The notes beneath the pieces were generated by a model. It made no database searches. It saw only the letters and a list, made by a program, of their open reading frames with translations, and was not told where the DNA came from. DNA of 64,000 bases from NCBI GenBank assembly GCA_002256025.1, contig NKIB01013073.1, positions 1 through 64,000 on the forward strand, read 5' to 3'. Position numbers and translations under genes: made by a program. The stretch comes from Asterionella formosa (Eukaryota). Each line of letters starts with the position of its first letter. Positions within the stretch are counted from its first letter, which is position 1. Positions 12,310 to 23,515 of this stretch are shown here, one piece after another.

Positions 12310-13253
12310 TCCTGAAAATCTTCCGCGTTCAAGCAGGTGGTCTTTATTCGTTGCAAGAATGCTTGCTATTTATAGGCTTGCGTAATATCTGAAGCAACTT
12401 GCCTTTGTAACTTGTGTCGTTCCTGGGAGAATGCTTCCCAAAGTTTCTCAACAGTTGGCAGGAATACAATGCCCTCGGTTTGCTTCTCCTGGAGTTTTTA
12501 TATTGCCCACCGGTGGTTATTTGTTTGGTTTTTGTGGTCATTCATTCTCGTTCGTCATAGATAATCTGGTTCTATGATAGTACCTACCGGTAGTCTATAT
12601 CTATGTATAACAAAAAATCATCAACCTATGTATTTATTAGCGCCATCATACATATGGACAAAATCAGAAACGAGTGAGGCAAAAAAGAAATTAAATGTAT
12701 GGTACAATTTACGTTTGAAAGACGTACAGGGTACTATACTACTATTTGTTATTGGACAACTGGTTTACTTTTTATGTATCTGTGTGAACTTAACATACAT
12801 ATGACAAATATGTTTTCTACTCCTCGGGGTCCAAAATGTACTCGGTACCGTGTACCTGGTAGTAGACGAGAAGAGTTTGTTCTGTTTTGCTTAGCAAGAA
12901 TGATATTACCATTATGTATATACTGTTCACGGTTCATACTTTCACACCGCTACTGCTGTGTACCAGCAAGTTGCGGTCATTTTGCGGAATTATCGTATAT
13001 CACTTGAGGCAGGATACCGGTAGGCCCTTCCATGAGGTTGCGGCCCCGGCTACCGGTAAACATACGACAAATATTTCTGGGTCCAAATGTTTATCGGTAC
13101 CGGGGTACCGGTACCGATAAAGGGAAGGTGCCGGAAACTCCGAAGTACGGAAAGACACAAACATCAATTGTGTTTTATCTATATCGGTAGTCGACCTCTC
13201 ATGACATTTTCCAAAAGCAAGAATGCAGAAGAACGCGAATTTTGCAAAAGGCG

Positions 13254-13412
13254 GTACGCAAAGACCCCAAAAGACCGTAAAGACCGGGAGATGAGCGCAA
13301 AAGACCGCGAAAACCAAGGGACGAAGAATGCGGAAAAACGTTTTCACGTTCTTTTGCGGTTTTTTCGCGTTCGTCTCCGGGTTTATGCGGTCTTTTAAGG
13401 TCTTTTGCGTAC
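13254..13412. mobile_element. Foldback/MITE-like imperfect palindrome with internal AAAAGACC subrepeats, flanked by TA
   Basis: Left arm GTACGCAAAGACCCCAAAAGACCGTAAAGACCGGGAGATGAGCGCAAAAGACCGC matches the reverse complement of the right arm, GTACGCAAAAGACCTTAAAAGACCGCATAAACCCGGAGACGAACGCGAAAAAACCGC. TA at 13255-56 and 13410-11. Confidence 0.65.
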
Positions 13413-14306
13413 TTTCAGGGTCTTTTAAGGTCTTTTCGTTTGGTCTCTCTCCATGTGCTACACATTTGCGATTATTTACTGGTCAGCCAAATGGTCATAA
13501 TGGTTGTTCATGAGTATACCGGTATGTAGGAAGCTTGGGAACCGCTGATACCCTCTTTCCTGTAATGTAAATCAATTTGGCCTAATTTGGCCCTTTGTTT
13601 GATACTCATGTCGAAATACCATAACCTTCTTGCATGCAGAAATTGTGACCTTGTTTGGCTTCAAAGATTGATTTGGAAATGCCTTATTGAGATACCTTTT
13701 CAATCTATTTGAATTAAAATTGTAGCTATGATATCGCCAAAAGAGTACTTTTCATGAAGATATTCCCTGAATTGATTGACTGGCAACCAAACACCATGAA
13801 TGGCAGGGTCGCTGATGGTGGCCATAACGGATATTGCTATAACGTTTTGAATATCATGTGAAAAGTGGCTGATTCCCCAAAAGCATTTCACTCATGACTA
13901 TATGAATGTATCTAAAAGCCTTTGGGGAATCACTTTTGCACAGGAAACGGTGGTGATATAGAGCAACATGGTAGCCGATCAAGCAAACAAATTGGCGCGA
14001 TATTCCTTCCTATGCTACGTATGCATCAGCATGCTCCTTGGCTGAACATGATAAAAAGCAAATATTTCTTATGACGTCGTTCTGCCGATTTCGACATCAA
14101 GTTTGGCATACGACCGGATTCTGGATTCTGTCCTGTGGTACTGCCGTGTGTAAAATCTTTTGTATGTAGCCTGCTCATATCTGACCTACGTAGATCATGT
14201 CCAAGTGTCGCTCCGGTAAAACTGAAATGCAACTCATCATCAAATCGTATACCGGTATCCTCATGTGAATCATATACGGGCATTTGAGGATCAATCAAAG
14301 CCATCA

Positions 14307-15779
14307 ATGATTGCTAATGTCGCATCAATGCTGTTACTCGCAGCTACCATGATGTCTATCTTACAGGTGTCAAAGTCGCTGGACCTCTCGCAAAAAAGCC
14401 CGACAAGGACTGCACAACACCTCGTTCTCATTGGCGGCGGCCACGCGCATGCTCAAGTGATCAAAGCACTCAATCAAAAGTCCCGCCCGTCCCACTTGAA
14501 AGTTACGTTGATTGATGCCCAACGATCAGCAATTTACTCTGGTATGGTGCCTGGCTGTGTCAGTAAACTGTACCAACTAGAGCAGACGATGTTGCACCTT
14601 GAACCACTTTGCGAATGGGCAGGGATTGATTTTATCAACGATGAGGTGCTCGATGTGGACCTGGAAAACCGATGCATTTGCATGAGGAATACAGCGGAAC
14701 AAATTGTCTTTGATGCAGTCAGCTTGGATATTGGTAGCACGTCCAGGGGAATAGACGAGATCCCGGGAGCCAGCGCGTGGACCATTCCGACGAGGCCCAT
14801 TTCCAAGCTGGTCGACCGGATTCAAGAAGCGCAACTAGAATTGGGAAACGAAGCTCATGTAGTAGTTGTTGGAGGTGGGGCTGCTGGTATTGAGCTGTCT
14901 ATGAGTATACTGGGGCGGTGGAAACCAATATTAGGAAGCGATTTGCGTGTGACGGTCCTCGATTCAGGGCCGGAGCTAGTACCAAATGAATCAATGACTT
15001 GTCGCACTGCTCTCCTTCAGATTCTAGACCAAAAAGGAATTGACGTGTTACATAATTGCCATGTCAAAGAAATTACCAAAGACGCTGCCCTCCTGGGTAC
15101 TGGTGAACAAATCCCGTGCACGCATTGCCTATGGGCAACAGGTGCAGCAGCGCAGCCATTGGCACATCGACTAGGTACACGTGGTTTGGCTGTCAATCAA
15201 CGTGGATGGATTCAAGTAAACCAACATTTGCAGTCCATATCACATCCTTTTGTCTTTGCTGCTGGCGATTGCTCAAATATTGAGGGGTTACTGACAGGCG
15301 TAAGTCCTCCCAAAGCTGGAGTTTATGCAGTCAGAGCAGGGCCCATATTGATCGAAAACTTGAGTGCATACCTGCAAGGCATGCCTTTGATAAAATACAC
15401 ACCACAAGATGATTTCTTGAAACTGATTGTCTGTGGAGATGGTAAAGCACTGGGCTTCCGATTCGGCCATCCCATTTACGGCAGATGGGTGATGCAGTTG
15501 AAGGACCATATTGATCAAATGTTCATGTCCCTCTTTAAAGAGGAGAACTTACCCACCTTGAATAATGACAAGGCTTCCTATGACACTTCACAATATGATG
15601 CTGACACTGAAAGTGACCGGCTTCCTTTACACCCGCAAAAAGCAGCAGAATTACTAAGACGCACCGATGATGATGTTGATTATGTTCAAGCTTGGAACGT
15701 GCTTCGAGACATGACCAAAGTCCCAGATTACCAAAGGCAAGTTTTAGCGCGGATGAATCATCTTCCGTTCATGTTGTAG
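14307..15779 (+). CDS. FAD/NAD(P)-dependent pyridine nucleotide-disulfide oxidoreductase of the family usually fused N-terminally to selenophosphate synthetase; here stand-alone with a predicted signal peptide
   Basis: HLVLIGGGHAH, YSGMVPG, VVVVGGGAAGIE, VFAAGDC, PKAGVYAVRAGP, PQ..FLKLI, LKDHID..FM. Hydrophobic N-terminus from ATG 14307; intronless. Confidence 0.85.
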   Translation: MIANVASMLLLAATMMSILQVSKSLDLSQKSPTRTAQHLVLIGGGHAHAQVIKALNQKSRPSHLKVTLIDAQRSAIYSGMVPGCVSKLYQLEQTMLHLEPLCEWAGIDFINDEVLDVDLENRCICMRNTAEQIVFDAVSLDIGSTSRGIDEIPGASAWTIPTRPISKLVDRIQEAQLELGNEAHVVVVGGGAAGIELSMSILGRWKPILGSDLRVTVLDSGPELVPNESMTCRTALLQILDQKGIDVLHNCHVKEITKDAALLGTGEQIPCTHCLWATGAAAQPLAHRLGTRGLAVNQRGWIQVNQHLQSISHPFVFAAGDCSNIEGLLTGVSPPKAGVYAVRAGPILIENLSAYLQGMPLIKYTPQDDFLKLIVCGDGKALGFRFGHPIYGRWVMQLKDHIDQMFMSLFKEENLPTLNNDKASYDTSQYDADTESDRLPLHPQKAAELLRRTDDDVDYVQAWNVLRDMTKVPDYQRQVLARMNHLPFML

Positions 15780-16028
15780 TCGTTACGACACACATCATGC
15801 ATGCACAATGCAGCAACACAAAGTACTTTTTTACACTTTCATAACCTATATAATATAAAGAGCTATAGAAACAATTTCAAGGACTTCACGATGCGAAATT
15901 AAGCCAGCAATTGAAAATTTTAATTTTTTTTATGAAGTCTTTAAAATAGATGGGTCTAATCAAGTAGATGTATAAATGATGTATATTACATTGAAGTTCC
16001 AACTGAATTGTCGAAAAAATTCCATTCT

Positions 16029-17954
16029 TCAGTTCCTTGCTGTCTTTGCAAACCGATGTGCCCAATGTCGATCGGTGTATGAGAAACCGTCAAAGTGATT
16101 TTCTCCTGGTGTGAATGACTTGTTGCATTCAGGACTAAGATGTAAGGGGAGTCTAGTGTTTGTAAACGTTGGCGAGAAATGGCTGGTGTCGAGCCTGCCT
16201 TTGATTGTGGGAATCCATGGTGGGTCCACATTTCCATTTGACAGATCATTCCAGTTGATTTCATAAAAGAATGTATGCTTCTTGATTTCATCGGTATCAT
16301 TTGGCCCAGAACCAAGGCGAACTTCGTTGTCCTTCATTAACAGACGGCTAAGCAGGTCTTTAGAAACCCTTGACAGATTTGTGGGAAATGTAAGGGGCAT
16401 GTTCAGGATGTTGTTGCACATTATGCTCTTGTCTTCGTTATAAAATGGTGGCAGCCCAGTTAACATTTCATTGATAACGGCTCCAAAACTCCACCAGTCG
16501 ACTGCTCGACCATACTCTTTCTTCTTCAAAATTTCTGGCGCAACGTATTCAGGTGTACCGCACCATGTTGTGGAGCCACTCGAAGCATTGGTGATGCCTT
16601 CTCTTGATAGACCAAAGTCGGCTAATTTTACGTGGCCCGCTGCATCGAGCAACACATTTTCTGGTTTCACGTCACGATGGATTATGTGCTTACTATGAAT
16701 ATATCCAATCGCAATAGCAAGCTCGGCGGCGTAGAATCGTGTGAGTGGCTCATCAAAGGGGCCAGACTTCAAATGATGAAATATTTCACCACCTGCGCAG
16801 TACTCAAGGACAAAATATAGTCTGCCTTCTGATTGAAATGCCTGATACATTCCAGCAATAAATCGATGATTGATACAGCTTAAGACCCTTCGCTCCGCCG
16901 TGGTATGATGAACTTGATTTCGTTCGATTATTCGGTCCTTGCTCATAACCTTCAAGGCAAAAACTTCATCATCATCATTCTTTACAACCAAAAATACCTT
17001 ACCGAATGATCCTTTGCCAATCATCCTAATTAACTTGAAGGCATCCAATCCAGTTGATGAAAGGGGCCTGCTTTGAGAATGATGGGCGTCACCATGTACA
17101 TCACTGAAATTTGCTTTCTTAATGGCAGCACCAATTCCACCATTTTGAGTGTCCAAAGCGGATCCCCCAATGGTGAGGCCTTGTGGTACATTTGACGAAA
17201 CCTGAATGTTGCAGCTATCCGCCTTGACCTGGTGGCTGGAGGTTGGGTGTGCTGGTGGCCTGAATGATGTGTGAGACGATCGTCGGAGTATAGCTTGCTC
17301 TTGTATAACGTAGGCTTTTGCATGGTCAAACGCCTCCAATGCTTTGATAACTTCCAAGAAATCAGAGTCGTCAATCACCTCATCGTCGGCGTCAATTACA
17401 TTCTCATTGCACCCTAGTAGTGGTGCCAAAGAATTCAAGTCGAGAATATTTTCTCCAGTATCCTCCTTTCTCCCAACAAGGGCATCATCCCTGCCGAAGT
17501 AATCAAAGATTTCATAGCTTTGTCGGGGAGAATCTAGGTGTTGCTCTTGCTGCGAAAGTGAAGGCGCTGCCAATGCTCCTTCTGAACATGACACGTTATG
17601 CCACCACTGCAAAACCTCATACTCAGGTGGGAACACGTTTGCTCCATAACTCAAAAATTTTACGAGAGCAGGGTGTATGGGAGACTCTTTCACACCAGAA
17701 TTTGAAAATATGGCATAAAGCCATTCTTGCAGCTCATTTCCAAAAGTAGCGGCATCGTTGCAGTTGTTTGGACAAGGAGGAAGATCAGAAAAATCTTCAC
17801 ATAACTCCGTTGCCAAGACAACAAAGTCGGCATGGGTCCGAGCGACAAAGTGGTGTGAAAACTGAGCCATTGGTGCTATCACGTAAAGTACATGAAGCAA
17901 TCCTTCTCCACTGCACAAGTGACCGGACGCCACAATTATGGCGTTCCAGTCCAT
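16029..17954 (-). CDS. AGC-family Ser/Thr protein kinase (SGK/Akt/S6K-like) with N-terminal PX-like domain
   Basis: IGKGSFGKV, ALKVM, HRDVKPEN, DFGLS, TWCGTPEYVAPE and C-terminal hydrophobic motif FDGFSY. PX-like HVLYVI...VARTHADF..L...L....LPPCP. Start uncertain (ORF open to 18011; MDWNA at 17954). Confidence 0.92.
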   Translation of the reverse strand: MDWNAIIVASGHLCSGEGLLHVLYVIAPMAQFSHHFVARTHADFVVLATELCEDFSDLPPCPNNCNDAATFGNELQEWLYAIFSNSGVKESPIHPALVKFLSYGANVFPPEYEVLQWWHNVSCSEGALAAPSLSQQEQHLDSPRQSYEIFDYFGRDDALVGRKEDTGENILDLNSLAPLLGCNENVIDADDEVIDDSDFLEVIKALEAFDHAKAYVIQEQAILRRSSHTSFRPPAHPTSSHQVKADSCNIQVSSNVPQGLTIGGSALDTQNGGIGAAIKKANFSDVHGDAHHSQSRPLSSTGLDAFKLIRMIGKGSFGKVFLVVKNDDDEVFALKVMSKDRIIERNQVHHTTAERRVLSCINHRFIAGMYQAFQSEGRLYFVLEYCAGGEIFHHLKSGPFDEPLTRFYAAELAIAIGYIHSKHIIHRDVKPENVLLDAAGHVKLADFGLSREGITNASSGSTTWCGTPEYVAPEILKKKEYGRAVDWWSFGAVINEMLTGLPPFYNEDKSIMCNNILNMPLTFPTNLSRVSKDLLSRLLMKDNEVRLGSGPNDTDEIKKHTFFYEINWNDLSNGNVDPPWIPTIKGRLDTSHFSPTFTNTRLPLHLSPECNKSFTPGENHFDGFSYTDRHWAHRFAKTARN

Positions 17955-19261
17955 CCTCTCGACCTGCAAAAACATCCAACTTAGGATCAGTCGTTGTGTG
18001 AGGAAAGGCATCAGTGTGAGAATCCCATTCTTGTGTCGGAGTGAGTTTCAATAAAGATCCAAGAAAAGTAGTAGGCTTCGCTCGAGCCAAGCAAACGAAT
18101 TATACGGATGCAGAAATCCGATCATGGGTGTCGAGTCTAAGATAAAATAGGAAGACTCCTGGTTGGAATGTAATTTTAGCACATACCGTTATATCGGTAC
18201 AAGTTTATACTGGTAGGATAAATAGACGTATTTTACTGATGACTAATTTGGTTTGGTTCTTTCTTTCATATGTCGCGCAGGACAAGAAATGAGGCGGATT
18301 TGGTGGGATTGAAACAACGATATCATGACTCCATTGATGTCTATGAAATCCTGCAATGAAAGATCGACAATCCTCTTTCAAGGCATACCTACGCAACCTG
18401 AACATCACGAAATACTTCCATACCATTGGCATGACTATTGTATCTGATCCACGTCTTGAAAGTGACAACGAAATCAAACAAACGAAAAGTAATCACGCTT
18501 CCTTATGTCGCAGTCGCTGCTTACCGATTGATCGCCTTGTTTGAGATTATCAATAGTCCACGATTCGACGGATCTGGATCCGTTGTCGAAAGTAGAGCGA
18601 AGAAGTGACAAGGACTGACCTGATGTTGCGGTGCACCTTGTTCGCGATTGGATTTCCTACCTTTTACTTTATGGTCGCGGGAATGACTTCTTCCAACGAT
18701 TGGATTCGCTTCCTTTTTCTACTTCTGTTTCGCACTTTGACGAAATGTGTTTCGTGGTCTGCATATGATAGTACCTGGTACTGTTCTACGTACGGTATGC
18801 ATCTGGTACATCGAATTGTTTTATGCCGGTATTTATTTAGGTCCAAATCACAAGAGAATTTTGCAGGTCACCACAATACAGCTCGTTGCATTGGCGCCCT
18901 GCCTTAAGAGGATGCAAACCAGAATTCAAAAGTACCGCCTGGTACCAGGTACCAGGGTAGCATCGTCATGCATTATACGTCGGCTTCAGGAGGTGTCAAC
19001 TTTGGCGACGACGACAGTGTCCCCGATGTCATCGTCAGTCAGTACCCTGGTACAACCTGTTAAAAATGGCTTTGAGTCACTAAAATAAACGATATCACAG
19101 TCCTATACCGGAAGGATACAAACACGGGTATACCGTATACCGGGAACGTAGTCGTAAAAAATTAAACTACCAGATAAACTCGTAGTGGAAGCTAGCTCTA
19201 GTAGTTAACTACCTGGTACCAGTAGTACCGTGCACAAGCTAGCGACAATGATCATACGGTA

Positions 19262-19849
19262 CCAGAGCTTAGCTGCCAATGTAAAGGGAAAGCGCTGGTT
19301 CTTGCTTGTCTAATTTTCTTTCAAGAATTTGCAACAATCGTCAATGCATCCAATCATGTGGAACTGGAAGGTGCATAGAGCAGGCATTTGAAATCATTGT
19401 AGAATGTCAGGGCATTTTCGTAATAAATTAAATGTCGAAGCAAACTCTTCTGCCTCTAGTGGTTGCACTGCTGATGTTGCCTTTCCTTGTTTTCGAACTT
19501 CCTTTTTCTTGACTGCTTTGATCAGGTCTATGATGGGTTGCCAGATTTTGTCATGGGATTCCAGAAGGCAAGTCTGTAAGGAATTAAATATGACAAGGCC
19601 TTCTTGTAATATTCCTTGGAACTCGAACGTCCAAGTGTTGGATTATCATCATGTCCAGGGTCAGGACAGCCATACACCTTGTTTGCCATCCATTTGTATG
19701 CATCCTTGGGCATAATCTCACCTAGTTGCTCATCACTAAACTCATAGCCATTGTCATGCATATGTTGTGCCATCTTTGTACTAGGACATCATAGATGATA
19801 GGATACTCCTGTAGGCACTAACTTGCTGTGGCTCATTGACTCTTTTCAT
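19262..19849 (-). mobile_element. Decayed, 3'-truncated tyrosine-recombinase ORF of the stramenopile Crypton-like type
   Basis: Across frameshifts and stops: AYRSILSSMMS*YKDG / EFSDEQLGEIMPKDAYKWMANKVYGCPDPGHDDNPTLGRSSSKEYYKKALSY...WNPMTKSGNP / DLIKAVKKKEVRKQGKA...PLEAEEF / ALCTFQFHMIGCIDD / FPFTLAAKLW. This resembles a family I recall from oomycetes and diatoms (GNPTRS, KKKEVRKQG, IGRIDD, WSKN). Confidence 0.7.
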
Positions 19850-22800
19850 TGTGGTGTTCATCCTAATCTCGTTATTTTAGTATTCACTCCCACCATCAAT
19901 CATCATGGTGATGGGTTTAATTTTTAGCAGCGTAGAAGTACTGGAGTAGTATTAGCTAGTACTACATGTAGTACATTCCTACAAGGTTTAATTAAACCAA
20001 AAAATTAAACCCCCAGTTAAACCGGGTTAATTTTTTCTACTGGCAAATACTGTTGTAACACGGTGCTTCCACTAGTATTTTCAGATCAATACCGTGCCGG
20101 TTTTAAAATGACCCAGTAGACACATAGTAGAGGCCTACAGGAAAATACAACTTGGGTTTAATTTTACCAATTACGGTATTGTATTGAGAGGTTCTACTGT
20201 ATTCCCTAATTAAAAAAGAAGTTATTTTACAGGTGTTATAGATGATACCAGCAGAGTAAGGTAAACTCTTCACAACAAGACATGCAGCTCATTGATGTGC
20301 CCCCCGCCCCATTCAAATTTTGACTCAATATATTACAGAAAACCCGATATTTGGCATGCCTTTTCCAATAGTAGTTTGGTAACGAAGCTAGAAATGATCA
20401 TATTTGTTGAGTTGATATCATTAGTCAAAAGAAAGGCTTTGCCCAGCAGCCATCCCTGCAGGGGGGAGGGAAGGGGATTATAGCCAGCATGGCATTGCTG
20501 AAGGCAATACACACCCGAGGTGGGGGTCTCATGCCTGCAAGTATACATGTGTTTGAGGCTGGGTGGTGCGAGTAGGTTGACTGTGAAAGTGATGCCCCCG
20601 GCATTGCGAGAAGGTCACCCTACGAATGCCATCCCAGCCGAGTACACATGTGTATGAGAAGGCCCTGTAGCCACTGAGAATGGTATTGCTGAGGCAATTC
20701 ACAAACTAGCTATTGTTACACCATTCGCTTACCAACTGCCCACTCATCGAGTTACTCATTAAGTGGAAATGTCAATTTTAGTTCGCTATAGCCCATCATA
20801 TAAAATATATATTTCATATCTTTCCTATCTTCACATCGAAATTTGCAATGGGTCCGATATTGCCCATCATTAAAATAAATTTTGGATATTTCCTACTTTC
20901 GCTCACATTTTGGCATTGCCCCTCGGTTTTCCAGCCCTGGGAATGCCGAAATTGGCAAGAGGTCCACTTAAGGAAACCATTTTATAAACTCTACAGACTT
21001 TAATAATTTACATTTAGTAATCACCTCGTTTTTGTTCTTCTCCTGAAAAGTGGACTCCGGCAATCCACCTTTCACCATGCCAATTGTCATCCATCATGAC
21101 CGGTTTGAAGCGAAATCAGTTCAGCCATGTCGCCAGTAGCGATTCGTTGTCTAACGGATGCGGTTGGTTGTTGGATTGCTTGTCTTCTTGAGGGACTCAT
21201 GAAGTCACTTCGTCCATATTTCGTCGGACGAACAATGATATCGATGTATCTGATGTTGGCAGCAAGTTCTTGCTTCGGTCATGCATGTGATGATACTTAA
21301 CGGATATTCTACCAGTACCAGGTAGTCATCTAGTCTACATATGTACGAGGTTCTAAAAACAACCATGCATGCTGGTTTAAGCTAAACTTTAACGCTTACT
21401 TTGAGCACGTTATAATAATATCTCTGTAGACTTGGTATTATCTTTACGAGACCAGAATGTTAAATTGTATCGTTCACATATTGATTGATTTTATGTACTA
21501 CCGTATGCCCGATTTCGTCCTCACAATTATAATTCTCACTCTATCCTGCCTGCCATTGCTCAATTCGGGCTTGCAACAGGAATCGACTTTCTTATGAGCC
21601 CATCGTCTGCTGCATGTTACGCTTGTTCGAGCGGATCAGTGAGTACAACAGTGAAACACTGAATGTGATTGTAGATCGTATTTATCGACTTTCCGATTTG
21701 ATTGCTTCCACGGTCTGTTTTGATCGCTTCTACTATCATTCTTTGTCGTTCTGTGCTGTCGGTTTGTTTCGATTGTATCTATCTACATAAGAACAAATGT
21801 ATTTATCGATGACTACCACTCTTTGACGACGTATTGTTGTTATCGTATTTGTTGATTTGTATACCGGTAGTCGTTTACCATGATGTCAATATTGCCGCCA
21901 AGCAATGATTTTCTTGTACTAACGCGCTTTGCTACATTTATACTACGAGTTTGTATCACAAGCTGCATCAATACTCAGCTAGAGAGATTCAATTGTGCTG
22001 GAGCAGCGTGGCGATCACGCTTCTTGCTCATAATGGAATGATCAGGGTTGCTTGTTGCTTTCGTGGGCGGAGGAATGACTGTGGCGAAAATACTGCTACT
22101 GGTGTCAGGCTAATACCGTGATGCGCATGGCTGCAGCAACAGACCGTTTACGCTACATAACAATGCAGATCGAAATTGGGTTCAACTTTTTTCTTCTTCT
22201 TTGGGTCGTCGATTGTGTGGTGATGGAAAGTCAATGTTGCCTGTGTAAGTACTACCATGATTCACAATGCATACATCTCCATTGAAACTAGTACTATTTT
22301 TACTTCATTTCTAACCCAAAACAATTTTTTCTATTTCTTATTGTTTGATGCAACTTATTACATTGCATTTCATACTTTGGTTGCTCCAAACATCATATTC
22401 AATTTTCATTGATGTTGCATGTTTCTACAATCATTCTCGTGTGTTTTGCGCTTGTTGTACCATCTCCATGCATATTACCATTACTCTGTCTGTCATGCTG
22501 AAAATCGGCAATTTTAATGCCAAAAAATTTGATGTGCCCCATATTGCCCCTAAAAAAAACTTAAGAAATTACTTAGAGCCTAAAAATTACTTAGAAGTAC
22601 CCGAATGTCAAGACGATAGCTGGAGCGGGAATTGCCTTCAGTGACTGGCAGGAGAAATCCAAATAATCTATTAAGTCACCATGATTGTCACCATTTTTTT
22701 GACTAGTAGACCAGCTCCAAACTAAATATGTATTGCCTGAAATTATCCAGCTTTCGAAATTGAGGTGATTGTGAATGATCTCTGTATAAGTAATTTATGT

Positions 22801-23515
22801 TTGCCACTTTGTACCTTGCTTGCTTGTTGCTTGATTGAGCATACTGATTTTGCATTGACACCATTGCCAGTTGCTTGTAAGCAGGGTCCACAGGTCCATA
22901 ATAGGTTACAAATTATTTTGATAAAAAGGATTTTTATTTCTACAAGTGCTCAAAAGGGAAGGATAATTCGAACAACTGGAAGACCGTTTTCTTCAAATGG
23001 CAGGGAAGTGATGGAAGCCTTGGTTTGGGGATTGGATGAAAGCACTTTTCTCCTGCATAAAATTCCTCAATGCCCCAATTTAATAGAGTAAAATTAGCAG
23101 CTTTGTTGGGAATTGTCATTGTCAATATCAACAAATCCTGATGTTAGTGCAGCACCACCAGAACCATGAACTGAACTGGTGACAAGGTCAAGGAGATCTG
23201 CAGGCATTTGTTTCGCGTCTCCGGTGTCCTCAATTACAGCAAAGGATAAAGACCATCAGGATACGGTAGTCAAAGTAAAAACCTTCAGAAAATGACAGCA
23301 CCTCAGCCAAATCATGAAGAATATAATGATATATTTATTCAACATTCCTTATACATTATTATTCCTTTTGTTGTAGTCTACTTAATATATTAAGCGCTAC
23401 TTTTTCATCCTCCGCAAAAATTGCGTATCGATAAAAAAATGTACCACACACTTTTTTGCTTCTCACCATCTTGCAGCAAGCAAGCAACCAATTGCGCCTA
23501 TAATAGCAGCAAACT

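Noticed and set aside
13000..13513. Overlapping ORFs of 61-115 aa
   Set aside because: Artefacts of the low-complexity foldback palindrome.
13860..13940. Inverted repeat GATTCCCCAAA / TTTGGGGAATC as a terminator or ncRNA
   Set aside because: Isolated imperfect hairpin in decayed sequence, with no RNA-family features.
17797..18090. Alternative-frame ORF as a frameshifted kinase N-terminus
   Set aside because: The PX-like motif lies wholly in the main kinase frame, so no frameshift is needed.
20400..23230. Weak ~100-bp repeats and coding-like fragments
   Set aside because: Too degenerate; no family, TIR or TSD could be established.
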